This document shows positions 7,190 through 15,410 of a stretch of DNA of 15,604 bases, piece after piece (position 1 is the first letter of the stretch; the number at the start of each line of letters is the position of its first letter). The translations under genes were made by a program, and so were the position numbers. The stretch covers positions 1 through 15,604 of the forward strand of contig JBHLQH010000057.1 of the NCBI GenBank assembly GCA_048884965.1, in the 5' to 3' direction. The DNA is from Candidatus Thorarchaeota archaeon. GTDB lineage: Archaea; Asgardarchaeota; Thorarchaeia; Thorarchaeales; Thorarchaeaceae. Below the pieces are notes generated by a model. That model saw nothing but the letters and a program-made list of their open reading frames with translations, was not told the origin of the DNA and ran no database searches.

Positions 7190-8160
7190 ACCAATTGATG
7201 GAACCGCATTGCATTGTCCCAGTAGAGCTTCTTGAGCACCGATGTTGGGAGGTCAAGTCCGTAAATGAAAGTGCCTCCTGTTTCAATAGTATCAGAGTCG
7301 ATGAATGGCAACGGTATTCTCTCGACGTCTGATTCAAGCATCAGTCTAAGAGCAGCGTGTCTTCCCTCGTAATACATTGGATCTTCCGATCTAGTATTGC
7401 TTGCGACACAATCTGTGGCAAAGAGCATCTGGTCGGCGTATTTCAAGAGAAACTCACGAGATCGTTTTGGATTCCTTCCAAGCTCTCGGCACATCCACCG
7501 AGCAGAGCTAAGATCGACATGGAGATTTGGATATTTCTCGAACATGCGTCCAAGATTCTCTAATCTATGCGGTTCTGGCTGTGCTCCAAAATGTGCTGCC
7601 TGAAATTGAACCTTGGGGCTACGATGCAATCGATTCTCAAATTCCTGAATATGTTCCTCCTTGGTTCCATAGACTCTGGCGTCCGAATATCTTGTGGCGA
7701 AGTATGTGTCTGGGTCTCCGATATGAACAAGTACAGGCAGTCCTTCATCTGCGAAGGCATCGAATAGAGGATCAAATTGATGGCTATCAATCGGAGGAAC
7801 ATGCTCGATCTCAGAGAGCCTATCTGTCCAGAAAGGTGCAAAGTGCATCTTTGCGAGATCATACCCCCTTTCACGAAGTGTTCGGACTTCTTCGATTGCT
7901 TGTTTTGGACCTTCAGTGAATAATGTCCAACCAGAGAAATATCTTGCATAGATGAATCGTTCTGGAAATTCATCCTTATATTCGAAGATAGAATCGCCAT
8001 GTACTATTACGACAGCTCTCTCAATATCGTATCTCTTCTGAACAGCAACGAGTTCCCTGGTCGCTGCAAGATCTATTACATGAGTATGTGCATCAAAAAT
8101 AGAACCTTCGTAGGAGAGCAAATCTTCGTACATTTCAAGTAAAGCATCGGAATTACGCAT
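7186..8160 (-). CDS. Amidohydrolase_2 family metal-dependent hydrolase
   Basis: IFDAHTH (HxH), AKMH, LPVLVHIG, AAHFG, PNLHVDLS, MLFATD, KKLYWDNA. Confidence 0.9.
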   Translation of the reverse strand: MRNSDALLEMYEDLLSYEGSIFDAHTHVIDLAATRELVAVQKRYDIERAVVIVHGDSIFEYKDEFPERFIYARYFSGWTLFTEGPKQAIEEVRTLRERGYDLAKMHFAPFWTDRLSEIEHVPPIDSHQFDPLFDAFADEGLPVLVHIGDPDTYFATRYSDARVYGTKEEHIQEFENRLHRSPKVQFQAAHFGAQPEPHRLENLGRMFEKYPNLHVDLSSARWMCRELGRNPKRSREFLLKYADQMLFATDCVASNTRSEDPMYYEGRHAALRLMLESDVERIPLPFIDSDTIETGGTFIYGLDLPTSVLKKLYWDNAMRFHQLV

Positions 8161-8260
8161 TGAAAACGTTACCTCTAGGGGATTTCTAAAAACGAAGACC
8201 TTTTACGTAGATGAATGCACAGGAAACAAAACCTTCGTTTGGTTTTTGGAGAAGAACATA

Positions 8261-8953
8261 ATGAAACGCGCGCTACAGATTATGATAGCATTGGCAATAG
8301 TATCAATGTTTATGTTTCAGCCTGTTGCAGCTGCTACTTCCCAAGGTTTGGAATGGGGTGTCGCGGCTGGAGACCGGTTTGATTTCACAATGTCAAGCAC
8401 TGAGGATTCCCTCAATGAAGCAATGTACATGAACATCACTGTTATGCCTGCACTAGCAATACCTGACCCTCTCAACAACTGGAACTCCATCCCAATACCA
8501 TCAATTGGTATGTGGTGGGCAAATGGCACAACTATTGGCTTGTATGCATTGCTGTTCTTTGGTTTGATTGCCGTTGGAAGCAGAATTGTAGTACCCATTG
8601 GTAACTTCACTCATCTTCAAGCTTTAATCACACCTGTGCTTACCGGTGAGAACATCATTAACACCGCCAACACTTGGGGTGTTTCATGGGGCGAGGAAGT
8701 GAATGCTACTCATGAGTATCTTATCACTGGTACATTCGCAAAAGCTGATGGTTTCCTTGCTGAGTACAAGATAGAAACTCTCCTTTCATCGACCAGTGCG
8801 GTGCTAGAATCGATTTCTGTTATCAGGAACAACATTCCTTCAGGAGGAGTTGACCTCAACTTCATTCTGGATTGGATCCAAAATAATCTCATTATTGTTG
8901 GAGCTGGTGTTGTAATCCTCATCCTTCTTATCATAGTGTGTAAGAAGAAATAG
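8261..8953 (+). CDS. Secreted, C-terminally membrane-anchored surface (glyco)protein
   Basis: Signal peptide MKRALQIMIALAIVSMFMFQPVAA, then LEWGV..GD, four N-x-T sequons (NIT, NGT, NFT, NAT) and a C-terminal TM helix ending CKKK. ATG 8261 is preferred over TTG 8246 because ggag (8248-8251) sits upstream of it. Confidence 0.82.
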   Translation: MKRALQIMIALAIVSMFMFQPVAAATSQGLEWGVAAGDRFDFTMSSTEDSLNEAMYMNITVMPALAIPDPLNNWNSIPIPSIGMWWANGTTIGLYALLFFGLIAVGSRIVVPIGNFTHLQALITPVLTGENIINTANTWGVSWGEEVNATHEYLITGTFAKADGFLAEYKIETLLSSTSAVLESISVIRNNIPSGGVDLNFILDWIQNNLIIVGAGVVILILLIIVCKKK

Positions 8954-8954
8954 T

Positions 8955-8987
8955 ATGAAAAGGGGCTCTGCCCCTTCCTTTTTTCAT
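8955..8987 (+). terminator. Hairpin plus T-tract terminator between convergent genes, possibly bidirectional
   Basis: aaggggc-tct-gcccctt (8960-8976) followed by tttttt, with an A-run on the left side, immediately after the stop at 8953. Confidence 0.7.
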
Positions 8988-9038
8988 CAAATGCGGAATA
9001 GTAATAACGAAAATTAGACCATATCCCCAAATTCCGCT

Positions 9039-10376
9039 TTATTTTAATTTTGACCAGAGCGCTTCGGCAGAGGCTCGAGATGACTCTGCAATCTCTTCGT
9101 CTGTTATTAAGACCATTTTACGCTCCTCTACTACTTTCCTTCCATTCACGATAACATCACGGACATCTCTCCCGCTGAATGAGTTGATGATATGTCCTAT
9201 GATAGATTGCGGGGTGATTGGAGTTGGGATATTCGTGGAATCCAAGATTACAATATCTGCTAGTTTTCCAACTTCAAGACTTCCTATCTTATCTTCCAAT
9301 CCATAGCACCTTGCACCTTCAATGGTCGCCATTCTAAAAACTTGATCCGGATTCATGGCACTGGGATTCCTTCTTGCTAGCCGATGAACAGTCAATGCAT
9401 ACCTCATATTCTCAAATGGATCAAAAATCCAGCCATCATTTCCGAGACCTACCGGAATACCTCTTTGTATCATATCCGGAACTGGTGAAGTGCCAACAGC
9501 ATTCAGTGCATTACTCATTGGATTGTGAGCGACCTTGGTCCCTGTTTCTGCTATCAACTCAATCTCGTTCATGTCAATATGTACGCAGTGCGCCAATACT
9601 GTTCTCGGGCCAAGGACTCCCACACGATTCAATCTTTCTACGGTCCTTTCACCGTATTTCTCAAGATTATGATACAGATCTACTAGGCCCTCGGAAGTAT
9701 GAACCGTGATAGGAACACCCAATCGTTCTGCAGCTTTAACAGCCTCTGCGACAATGAGATCTTCTACCGTGAAAGAAGCGTGAATACTCATCATGCCCAT
9801 TGTTAGTAATTCCATTGATCTAAGCGATTCTATGAATCTCGTATTCTCACGAAGTCCTCTTCTCGCTTCTTCTGGATTATTTCGTTCTGTCATCTCGAAG
9901 GCAAGCATAGACCTTATTCCAACTGCTTCGGAGCCTTCAGCTATTGCGTCTAGACTACCTTCTATTGAATTAGGTCCTGAGTATGTATCAGCAAAAAAGG
10001 TCGAGCCATTCCTCAGCATATCGGCAGAAGCCGAGAACGCACTTGCCTTTGCATCCTCCAATGTTAGTGCTTCGTCAACAGGCCACCAAACTCGTTGGAG
10101 AATCTGCGCAAAATCGGTGGGAGGTTCGATATTCAGAGTTGCGCCTCTGAGAAGGATACCATACAGATGAGTATGTGCTGTAATGAGTCCAGGGATAACG
10201 ACACAACCTTTTGCATCTATCATTACATCTGCTTTGCTTGATGGGCTACCTTCACCCATAGATGTGATTTGATTCCCTTCTATCATGATGTGACCATGGG
10301 GAAAGACCGTGTTCTTTGCATCTGCTGTAACAATGAATGCGTTCTCTATCATCTTGGACTCTGTCATCTTCATCAC
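9039..10376 (-). CDS. Amidohydrolase_1 family deaminase, SsnA / MTA-SAH deaminase-like
   Basis: PGLITAHTH, DFAQILQRVWWPVD (SsnA-like), HASFT, HTSEG, LAHCVH, HNPMSN, GLGNDG, GSLEVGKLADIV. GTG/ATG starts at 10376/10373. Confidence 0.9.
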   Translation of the reverse strand: MMKMTESKMIENAFIVTADAKNTVFPHGHIMIEGNQITSMGEGSPSSKADVMIDAKGCVVIPGLITAHTHLYGILLRGATLNIEPPTDFAQILQRVWWPVDEALTLEDAKASAFSASADMLRNGSTFFADTYSGPNSIEGSLDAIAEGSEAVGIRSMLAFEMTERNNPEEARRGLRENTRFIESLRSMELLTMGMMSIHASFTVEDLIVAEAVKAAERLGVPITVHTSEGLVDLYHNLEKYGERTVERLNRVGVLGPRTVLAHCVHIDMNEIELIAETGTKVAHNPMSNALNAVGTSPVPDMIQRGIPVGLGNDGWIFDPFENMRYALTVHRLARRNPSAMNPDQVFRMATIEGARCYGLEDKIGSLEVGKLADIVILDSTNIPTPITPQSIIGHIINSFSGRDVRDVIVNGRKVVEERKMVLITDEEIAESSRASAEALWSKLK

Positions 10377-10431
10377 CGGACCTCTGAATATACTCTATCT
10401 GAGTCATTTAGGCTTTCCCTAAGTCAGGAAT

Positions 10432-11889
10432 CTAGAACTCAATGTCAACACGTTTGATTGTTCCACTACTCGAACGATAGACAATACCATCCTTCTCAAG
10501 TTGAGTGAGAGCTTCTTCAACCTCTTCCTTTGACATCTCAAGCGAGCTAGCCTCGTCAATGATTTTCTCAAGAGTGACGCCTCTTTTCTTGCCTTTTGCG
10601 AGCTTCTTGAGGATTTGCATGAATTTCTCCGTTGGAGGCAATGATTTCTCAATCTCTTCAGTGAATGATTCATCTATTGGTGTGGGAATTGGAGGTTCTT
10701 TTGGAGCTACATCTTCCTTTGCTTTTAGAAGAGCTGCCATCAGATCCAATTTTGGAGAGGACTCTTCTTCCTTGGGCTCTTCCTTTGGTTCGATATCTGA
10801 AAGACTGATGCCGTTCGGATAGTCAGTATCATCGGAGATGAACGGTATAGGGTGATCATCGATCTCAACACCTAACCACTCCGAGTTGATGTCCTTGTTA
10901 TTTGGAGCTGCACGGAGGAGTTGTACCCGAAATGTCTTCTCAAGCTTTCTCCTTTGGGTATCCAAATCTGTATCATGGCATGGGTGGCTCCCTAGGAGTA
11001 GGATGGTCCTATCAGCTTGTCCGCGAACTCGAGAATGTGAGTCAGCTACAAGGTAACCTAGAATCTTGAGTACACTTGTGAGCTTTGACTCATGAATATC
11101 AATCGATTCCAGTAGCTCCTGTTTTACTCTCCAGTCTGGATCTGCGACGATGTCCATCACGATCCCCCTCGATGAGAAGATACCTATCCTACCAACTGCC
11201 CGTGCGACGTGCACTCTATCTTGCCATGTTCCATTCTCAAGTACTGGTTTTAGGAATCTGATACTATCCTTATCAGCTACTTCGCAAAGATACTGCATGA
11301 GTTCTGGTTTCTTCTTGGAAGATGCTTCGATTGCTATCTTGATGAGATCTGTTTGGTGCTTCTCAGGAAAAGATGCTATCTTTGGTATCGTACCAATGGA
11401 GATTGTTTCGATATTTGACTTGATTCGCTTCTTTGCCCAGCGAACGCCATTGGTTCCAAGTGACGCGATTATCCCGAAAATAGTGGATTGATGTTCGTGG
11501 CCAACATTTTCTAGGGCTTCTATCCACCTTTTTTGCTCTATTGCGGATGAAGGTGCGCCAACAGATTGGAATACCTCTTCGATGACCTGTAAGACTTGTT
11601 CTCGTTCGGCTGGATTGATTGACTTCATTGATTCAAATAGCTCAGGAACATATTTGCCGTAAGCATTCTTTCCAGCAGATCTATAGACCAATCGTCGTAG
11701 TGTCGCGTCACCCTTATCTAACAAGCTCATAGCTTTTGGCAAAAGCGACTTGGCATAGGGCAACGCCATGAGTTTTCCTGCGGCAGTATACATTGTTCCA
11801 AGATCTGGAGAGTCCAATGAGAGCGAGATTGATCGCATCTCTCGCATCTTCTTCATCTCAGCCTTGAGCAATGTGTCTGTTGTTGACAT
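10432..11889 (-). CDS. HEAT-repeat protein with an acidic/Pro-rich linker and a C-terminal MCM/RPA32-like winged-helix domain
   Basis: HEAT-like units LLDKGDATLRR, VLENGTWQDRVHVARAVGRIG, IVADPDWRVKQELLESI and LVADSHSRVRGQA. C-terminal ~65 aa (FMQILKKL...GVTLEKIIDEA...MSKEEVEEALTQLEKDGIVYRSSSGTIKRV) fits a winged helix. Confidence 0.8.
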   Translation of the reverse strand: MSTTDTLLKAEMKKMREMRSISLSLDSPDLGTMYTAAGKLMALPYAKSLLPKAMSLLDKGDATLRRLVYRSAGKNAYGKYVPELFESMKSINPAEREQVLQVIEEVFQSVGAPSSAIEQKRWIEALENVGHEHQSTIFGIIASLGTNGVRWAKKRIKSNIETISIGTIPKIASFPEKHQTDLIKIAIEASSKKKPELMQYLCEVADKDSIRFLKPVLENGTWQDRVHVARAVGRIGIFSSRGIVMDIVADPDWRVKQELLESIDIHESKLTSVLKILGYLVADSHSRVRGQADRTILLLGSHPCHDTDLDTQRRKLEKTFRVQLLRAAPNNKDINSEWLGVEIDDHPIPFISDDTDYPNGISLSDIEPKEEPKEEESSPKLDLMAALLKAKEDVAPKEPPIPTPIDESFTEEIEKSLPPTEKFMQILKKLAKGKKRGVTLEKIIDEASSLEMSKEEVEEALTQLEKDGIVYRSSSGTIKRVDIEF

Positions 11890-12786
11890 CTACTTACCAC
11901 TTCCATCTGATTTGGTCTTGGTTTTACTCTTCTCTATCCGTTTTTTCCTTCTTTCACGACTGGCCTTTTTTCCAGTCATATATTCTGTTAGAGGAGTTTG
12001 ATGTTCTTCCTTTCCTTTACTCTTTGATCTCTTCTCTTCATCCTTAGGAGTATATTCTTCAATAGGCGCTCCTTCCAGTGTCAATTGTTCTGTAGGCCCT
12101 AATGGGATCTCTGCTTGAGATGTATCTGTTTCAAGTTCTATCAACCTATTCTCATAGGCTTGTAGCAAATTTGCGGCTTCTTGGGTTTTGGTGGAAACCG
12201 AAGATGCAGTGATTCCCAATTCGCGAAGTAAAAGCCTTCCATGAACCGAACTGTGGAGGGATTTCAGATTCAATGAACCCTTTTCTTTTTGTGGCCGGGC
12301 TTGTCGGTATTGGTTCAACTGAGCGTTTATTAGCTGACCTACAAGATATCCAAATCCATCACGAGTTAAAGATTCTACATCAAGGAAATCAAGTTGAAAT
12401 TTAGAGATCAATACTCCTACTTCCTTGGAGCAATGAAGTCTAGTTCTTTTCCGCCCTTCATTCCAGTCTTTTGCTTTTAGCAGGATATCAAGAATATCTG
12501 GCGTAGGGATATCCAGTGCAAGTGACAATGAATGAATATCCAGAGCCCCAAAGATGCCATCTCGGATATTCACTAGAGCTTCCCCAAGATCTTCCTTTGG
12601 TCGTTCCTTTTCCCAATATTTCTCAACAAGTGGGTATACTCTATTCCAAGGATATTTCTTCTTGTCTTCCCAATAGCCCTTAAGCAGACTCGTGAATGCA
12701 GAAATATCGCCTCGCATGCTAAGGTCGATAATCTTATCGACGAAAGCAAGCTTGCTTGATTTCTTGCTGCTTCGAGTCTGTGACAA
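11890..12786 (-). CDS. Hypothetical protein with a disordered charged C-terminal tail, directly abutting the HEAT-WH gene
   Basis: 298-aa ORF with a TTG start 8 nt downstream of a GGAGGT SD. Its TAG stop is directly followed by the next ATG. No family recognised. Confidence 0.75.
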   Translation of the reverse strand: MSQTRSSKKSSKLAFVDKIIDLSMRGDISAFTSLLKGYWEDKKKYPWNRVYPLVEKYWEKERPKEDLGEALVNIRDGIFGALDIHSLSLALDIPTPDILDILLKAKDWNEGRKRTRLHCSKEVGVLISKFQLDFLDVESLTRDGFGYLVGQLINAQLNQYRQARPQKEKGSLNLKSLHSSVHGRLLLRELGITASSVSTKTQEAANLLQAYENRLIELETDTSQAEIPLGPTEQLTLEGAPIEEYTPKDEEKRSKSKGKEEHQTPLTEYMTGKKASRERRKKRIEKSKTKTKSDGSGK

Positions 12787-12794
12787 GATATTCT

Positions 12795-12800
12795 ACCTCC
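12795..12800 (-). promoter_or_regulatory. Shine-Dalgarno site for the 298-aa gene
   Basis: acctcc on + is GGAGGT on -, with an 8-nt spacer to TTG 12786. Confidence 0.65.
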
Positions 12801-12966
12801 TAGGGTATAGATTCCAAACTATGTATCTGTTATTTGCCTTTTGTGTTGTCGTATTACACGAACACTAAAGGATGGACCTTCTTACAATCTTAAATCCCCC
12901 TATTATTGGGTATTGGTTAGCATAGAGTTATCACAATATCCAGTTATTCAAAGAAGGTGACAATTC

Positions 12967-13869
12967 TTGAAAGTGAGATACGGTGAAAGAACGATTCCAT
13001 ATCCACTTCATCTCTTAACGGGAAAACTGCAGTTATGTGGTATCTCAGAATCTCATGTGGCTGAAGTACTCCAAAAGATCCGGATCGAGTATGCAAACAC
13101 GACTCCTACACCTCAGGAGCTCAACCTATTTGTATCGAATGCACTTCTAGGTCAATCCCCTTTGATTCAAGATAACTTTCTTACTCTAACTAGATATGAG
13201 GAGTTGCGGAACAGAGACCCTGGAGTTCTCCCTCTTATTTTAGTCCTCGAAGGTAGCTCTGCGACAGGTAAGTCCATGTTGACACTGCCTCTAATTCATC
13301 AGCTGGGATCTACAAGGATTATTGGCTCTGATAGCGTACGACAAGTTCTACGAACCTACTTTTCCAGAGAGGAGTATCCTGAGCTCTTCTCTCATACATA
13401 TCAGGCATATAGATACAGACAAAGTGGACCTGAAGAGCTTGATTCAGTCGTCCGAGGGTTTCTGGCTCAGGTACAACTTATTGAACCCACTTTGAAGAGA
13501 TCGATTGAACGGTACCTATACGAAGGTACAATGGCAATCATTGAAGGCGTACATGTCATTCCTGGTTCAATTCAATCTATGGGAAATTCTGTACTTGAGC
13601 TGCTTATTCATCCATCCATTGATTTACATCACGATATGTTTACTTTGAAGCAAGAAGCTAGCGGATTGAAGACCGTATCATCAGAGATGGATATTCGTGA
13701 GAAGGAATTCCAAGATACTAGAAGTATACAGGATTATATGTACAATCAAGCAAGCCAGAATGGGATTCCAATCATCGAGTTCAGCGACTATGAATCCGCA
13801 TTGATAGAGATAAGTGAGATAATTATTGAACGGATTACTCATCTTATTGAACTTCATGCTAGAAGATAA
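12967..13869 (+). CDS. 2-phosphoglycerate kinase-like P-loop kinase with a degenerate N-terminal ATP-cone-like region
   Basis: PLILVLEGSSATGKS (Walker A), IIGSDSVRQVLR, PELFSHTY, IIEGVH, F..TRSIQDYM, GIPII. SD ggtga upstream of the TTG. Confidence 0.78.
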   Translation: MKVRYGERTIPYPLHLLTGKLQLCGISESHVAEVLQKIRIEYANTTPTPQELNLFVSNALLGQSPLIQDNFLTLTRYEELRNRDPGVLPLILVLEGSSATGKSMLTLPLIHQLGSTRIIGSDSVRQVLRTYFSREEYPELFSHTYQAYRYRQSGPEELDSVVRGFLAQVQLIEPTLKRSIERYLYEGTMAIIEGVHVIPGSIQSMGNSVLELLIHPSIDLHHDMFTLKQEASGLKTVSSEMDIREKEFQDTRSIQDYMYNQASQNGIPIIEFSDYESALIEISEIIIERITHLIELHARR

Positions 13870-14611
13870 TTGAAAGGCACGTAAGCGCTCCTTCACATCT
13901 AGCGAATTCCTTTGTGTCCAAGGTAATAGTATCAAATCCATTTTCAGTAAGTAGTTGTTTGGTATGAGGATACCCCTTTGGGATAATTACGGTGCTATTC
14001 ACAGTCAATGTATTGGATGCATAAGACTCGGATTGAGGAATTACCAAGTATCGATACCCATCGAAAACAGGTTGATTCTGGTACTTCTCAATACCAAGAA
14101 AACAGCCTTCACCTAGATAGGTTACATAGCTCTTGAGGTGCACAATTGATTTATCCTCAACAACCCCGACTTTACAACCTAGCTCTTTCTGCATCGTTGC
14201 AATACCAAGTTCGTTGGTGCGCTCTGTCGATCCGCTAATCAGACTTTTCTCAAGGTGGATGACATCACCACCTTCAAGTGTGGCTGGTGATTTCGTGAAG
14301 ACCACCGACATATGATCAGAAAGAACCTCAGCGATGCTTTCTGTTTCCATCCTTCTGCTCTCATACTTTGGACGAGTGATTAATGCGATGTCATTAAAGA
14401 TGACAACAGTATCCTCGACAAAACAGGAATCGGGCATGTTGTCTTCAGGAGGAAGTTCAATTAAGTCAATCCCAAGCTCTGCTAGGATTCCAACATACGT
14501 TCTATGCTGGTCTATCGCGTTTCTAAGACTTAATGATGCCAATTCAGGATGTGATGAGATACACTTTTTGTAGCTCTGCCCTGGACATCTCGTAATCGCT
14601 CGTTTCTGCAT
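13859..14611 (-). CDS. ddaH: N(G),N(G)-dimethylarginine dimethylaminohydrolase (amidinotransferase superfamily)
   Basis: QH..Y...L, PDSCFVEDT, SRRME, LEGGDV, RTN, HLKS, GALTCLS; the catalytic His and Cys are present. Confidence 0.88.
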   Translation of the reverse strand: MQKRAITRCPGQSYKKCISSHPELASLSLRNAIDQHRTYVGILAELGIDLIELPPEDNMPDSCFVEDTVVIFNDIALITRPKYESRRMETESIAEVLSDHMSVVFTKSPATLEGGDVIHLEKSLISGSTERTNELGIATMQKELGCKVGVVEDKSIVHLKSYVTYLGEGCFLGIEKYQNQPVFDGYRYLVIPQSESYASNTLTVNSTVIIPKGYPHTKQLLTENGFDTITLDTKEFARCEGALTCLSIIF

Positions 14612-14672
14612 GATTCTTCAAAGAAATTTGGCTGCATAAATCTACCGTGGCTACCAAATCCATGTGGAAACG

Positions 14673-14696
14673 GTTAAATATTGTTAATATATATTC
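14673..14696. promoter_or_regulatory. AT-rich divergent promoter region with TATA-like boxes between DDAH and the methyltransferase
   Basis: ttaaata and ttaatatatatt in the 100-nt gap between divergent starts. Confidence 0.4.
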
Positions 14697-14714
14697 AGAA
14701 TTGGATGATTTTTG

Positions 14715-15356
14715 ATGCAGATCAATTTGGATTATGATAAAGCCATAGAGTACATCGCCAAGATCTATGAGGAAACTGATCGACCAACAATGGACGAATT
14801 CGCAAATAGAGCTGGATATAAGAAATACGATCCCACTATCGAGGATGATATAGCACGAATGTTCAAGGTTCTGCTACATATTTTGAAACCTAAGCGCATC
14901 CTTGAAATCGGTACAAGTATTGGGTTCTCGACAACAATCTTGGCTAAGGTAGCGAAGGTATATGGGGGTAAGGTTGTTACTATCGATATCGATCCAGAAG
15001 TTGCCAAGAATGCGAGAGCAAATTTCGAGCGAGAAGGAGTTTCTGAAGTAATCGATATTATGATTGGAGATGCAGAAGAGATAGTTTCCAAATTTGATGA
15101 TGAGAGCTTCGATATCGTTTTTCAGGATTCAGCGAAGCAACTCTACTTGCCAATGCTGGAAGATTCCCTTAGAATCCTTAGGAAAGGTGGGATTCTACTA
15201 GTCGATGATACACTCTTTCCTGTCATCAATCCTGAAAGTGAATGGGATGAGGGTGATAAGGGAATTCATGAATTCAATCATGTATTATTGAAACACAATG
15301 TTGAGAGCACACTTCTACCAATTGGTGAAGGTTGTACTGTCGCAGTAAAGCTATAG
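14715..15356 (+). CDS. Class I SAM-dependent O-methyltransferase (Methyltransf_3 / YrrM-like)
   Basis: PKRILEIGTSIGFST, VVTIDID, IGDA, FDIVFQDSAK, LRKGGILLVDD, LPIGEG. TTG 14712 is an alternative start. Confidence 0.92.
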   Translation: MQINLDYDKAIEYIAKIYEETDRPTMDEFANRAGYKKYDPTIEDDIARMFKVLLHILKPKRILEIGTSIGFSTTILAKVAKVYGGKVVTIDIDPEVAKNARANFEREGVSEVIDIMIGDAEEIVSKFDDESFDIVFQDSAKQLYLPMLEDSLRILRKGGILLVDDTLFPVINPESEWDEGDKGIHEFNHVLLKHNVESTLLPIGEGCTVAVKL

Positions 15357-15358
15357 CT

Positions 15359-15398
15359 AAAAAGAGTAGGATGGGATGCCATCAATGAGATGACATCC
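15359..15398 (-). terminator. Stem-loop between convergent genes, likely terminator of the minus-strand gene
   Basis: ggatgccatc (15374-15383) / gatgacatcc (15389-15398) match at 9 of 10 positions. The mismatch is a G-U pair on the minus strand, and a T5 run follows downstream on that strand (15359-15363). Confidence 0.55.
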
Positions 15399-15410
15399 AC
15401 ATTCATTTGA

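Noticed and set aside
7357-8000. Cluster of five overlapping ORFs (66-146 aa) within the Amidohydro_2 gene
   Set aside because: Shadow ORFs with non-protein-like composition; the 324-aa frame carries all family motifs.
8190-8246. Short inverted repeats (aaacgaag/cttcgttt; aaaacc/ggtttt) in the divergent intergenic region
   Set aside because: Only 6-8 bp in AT-rich DNA; cannot be distinguished from chance.
10432-10632. Annotating the HEAT-WH gene as MCM or a kleisin
   Set aside because: No AAA+ or OB motifs and no kleisin N-terminal domain; only the terminal WH resembles them.
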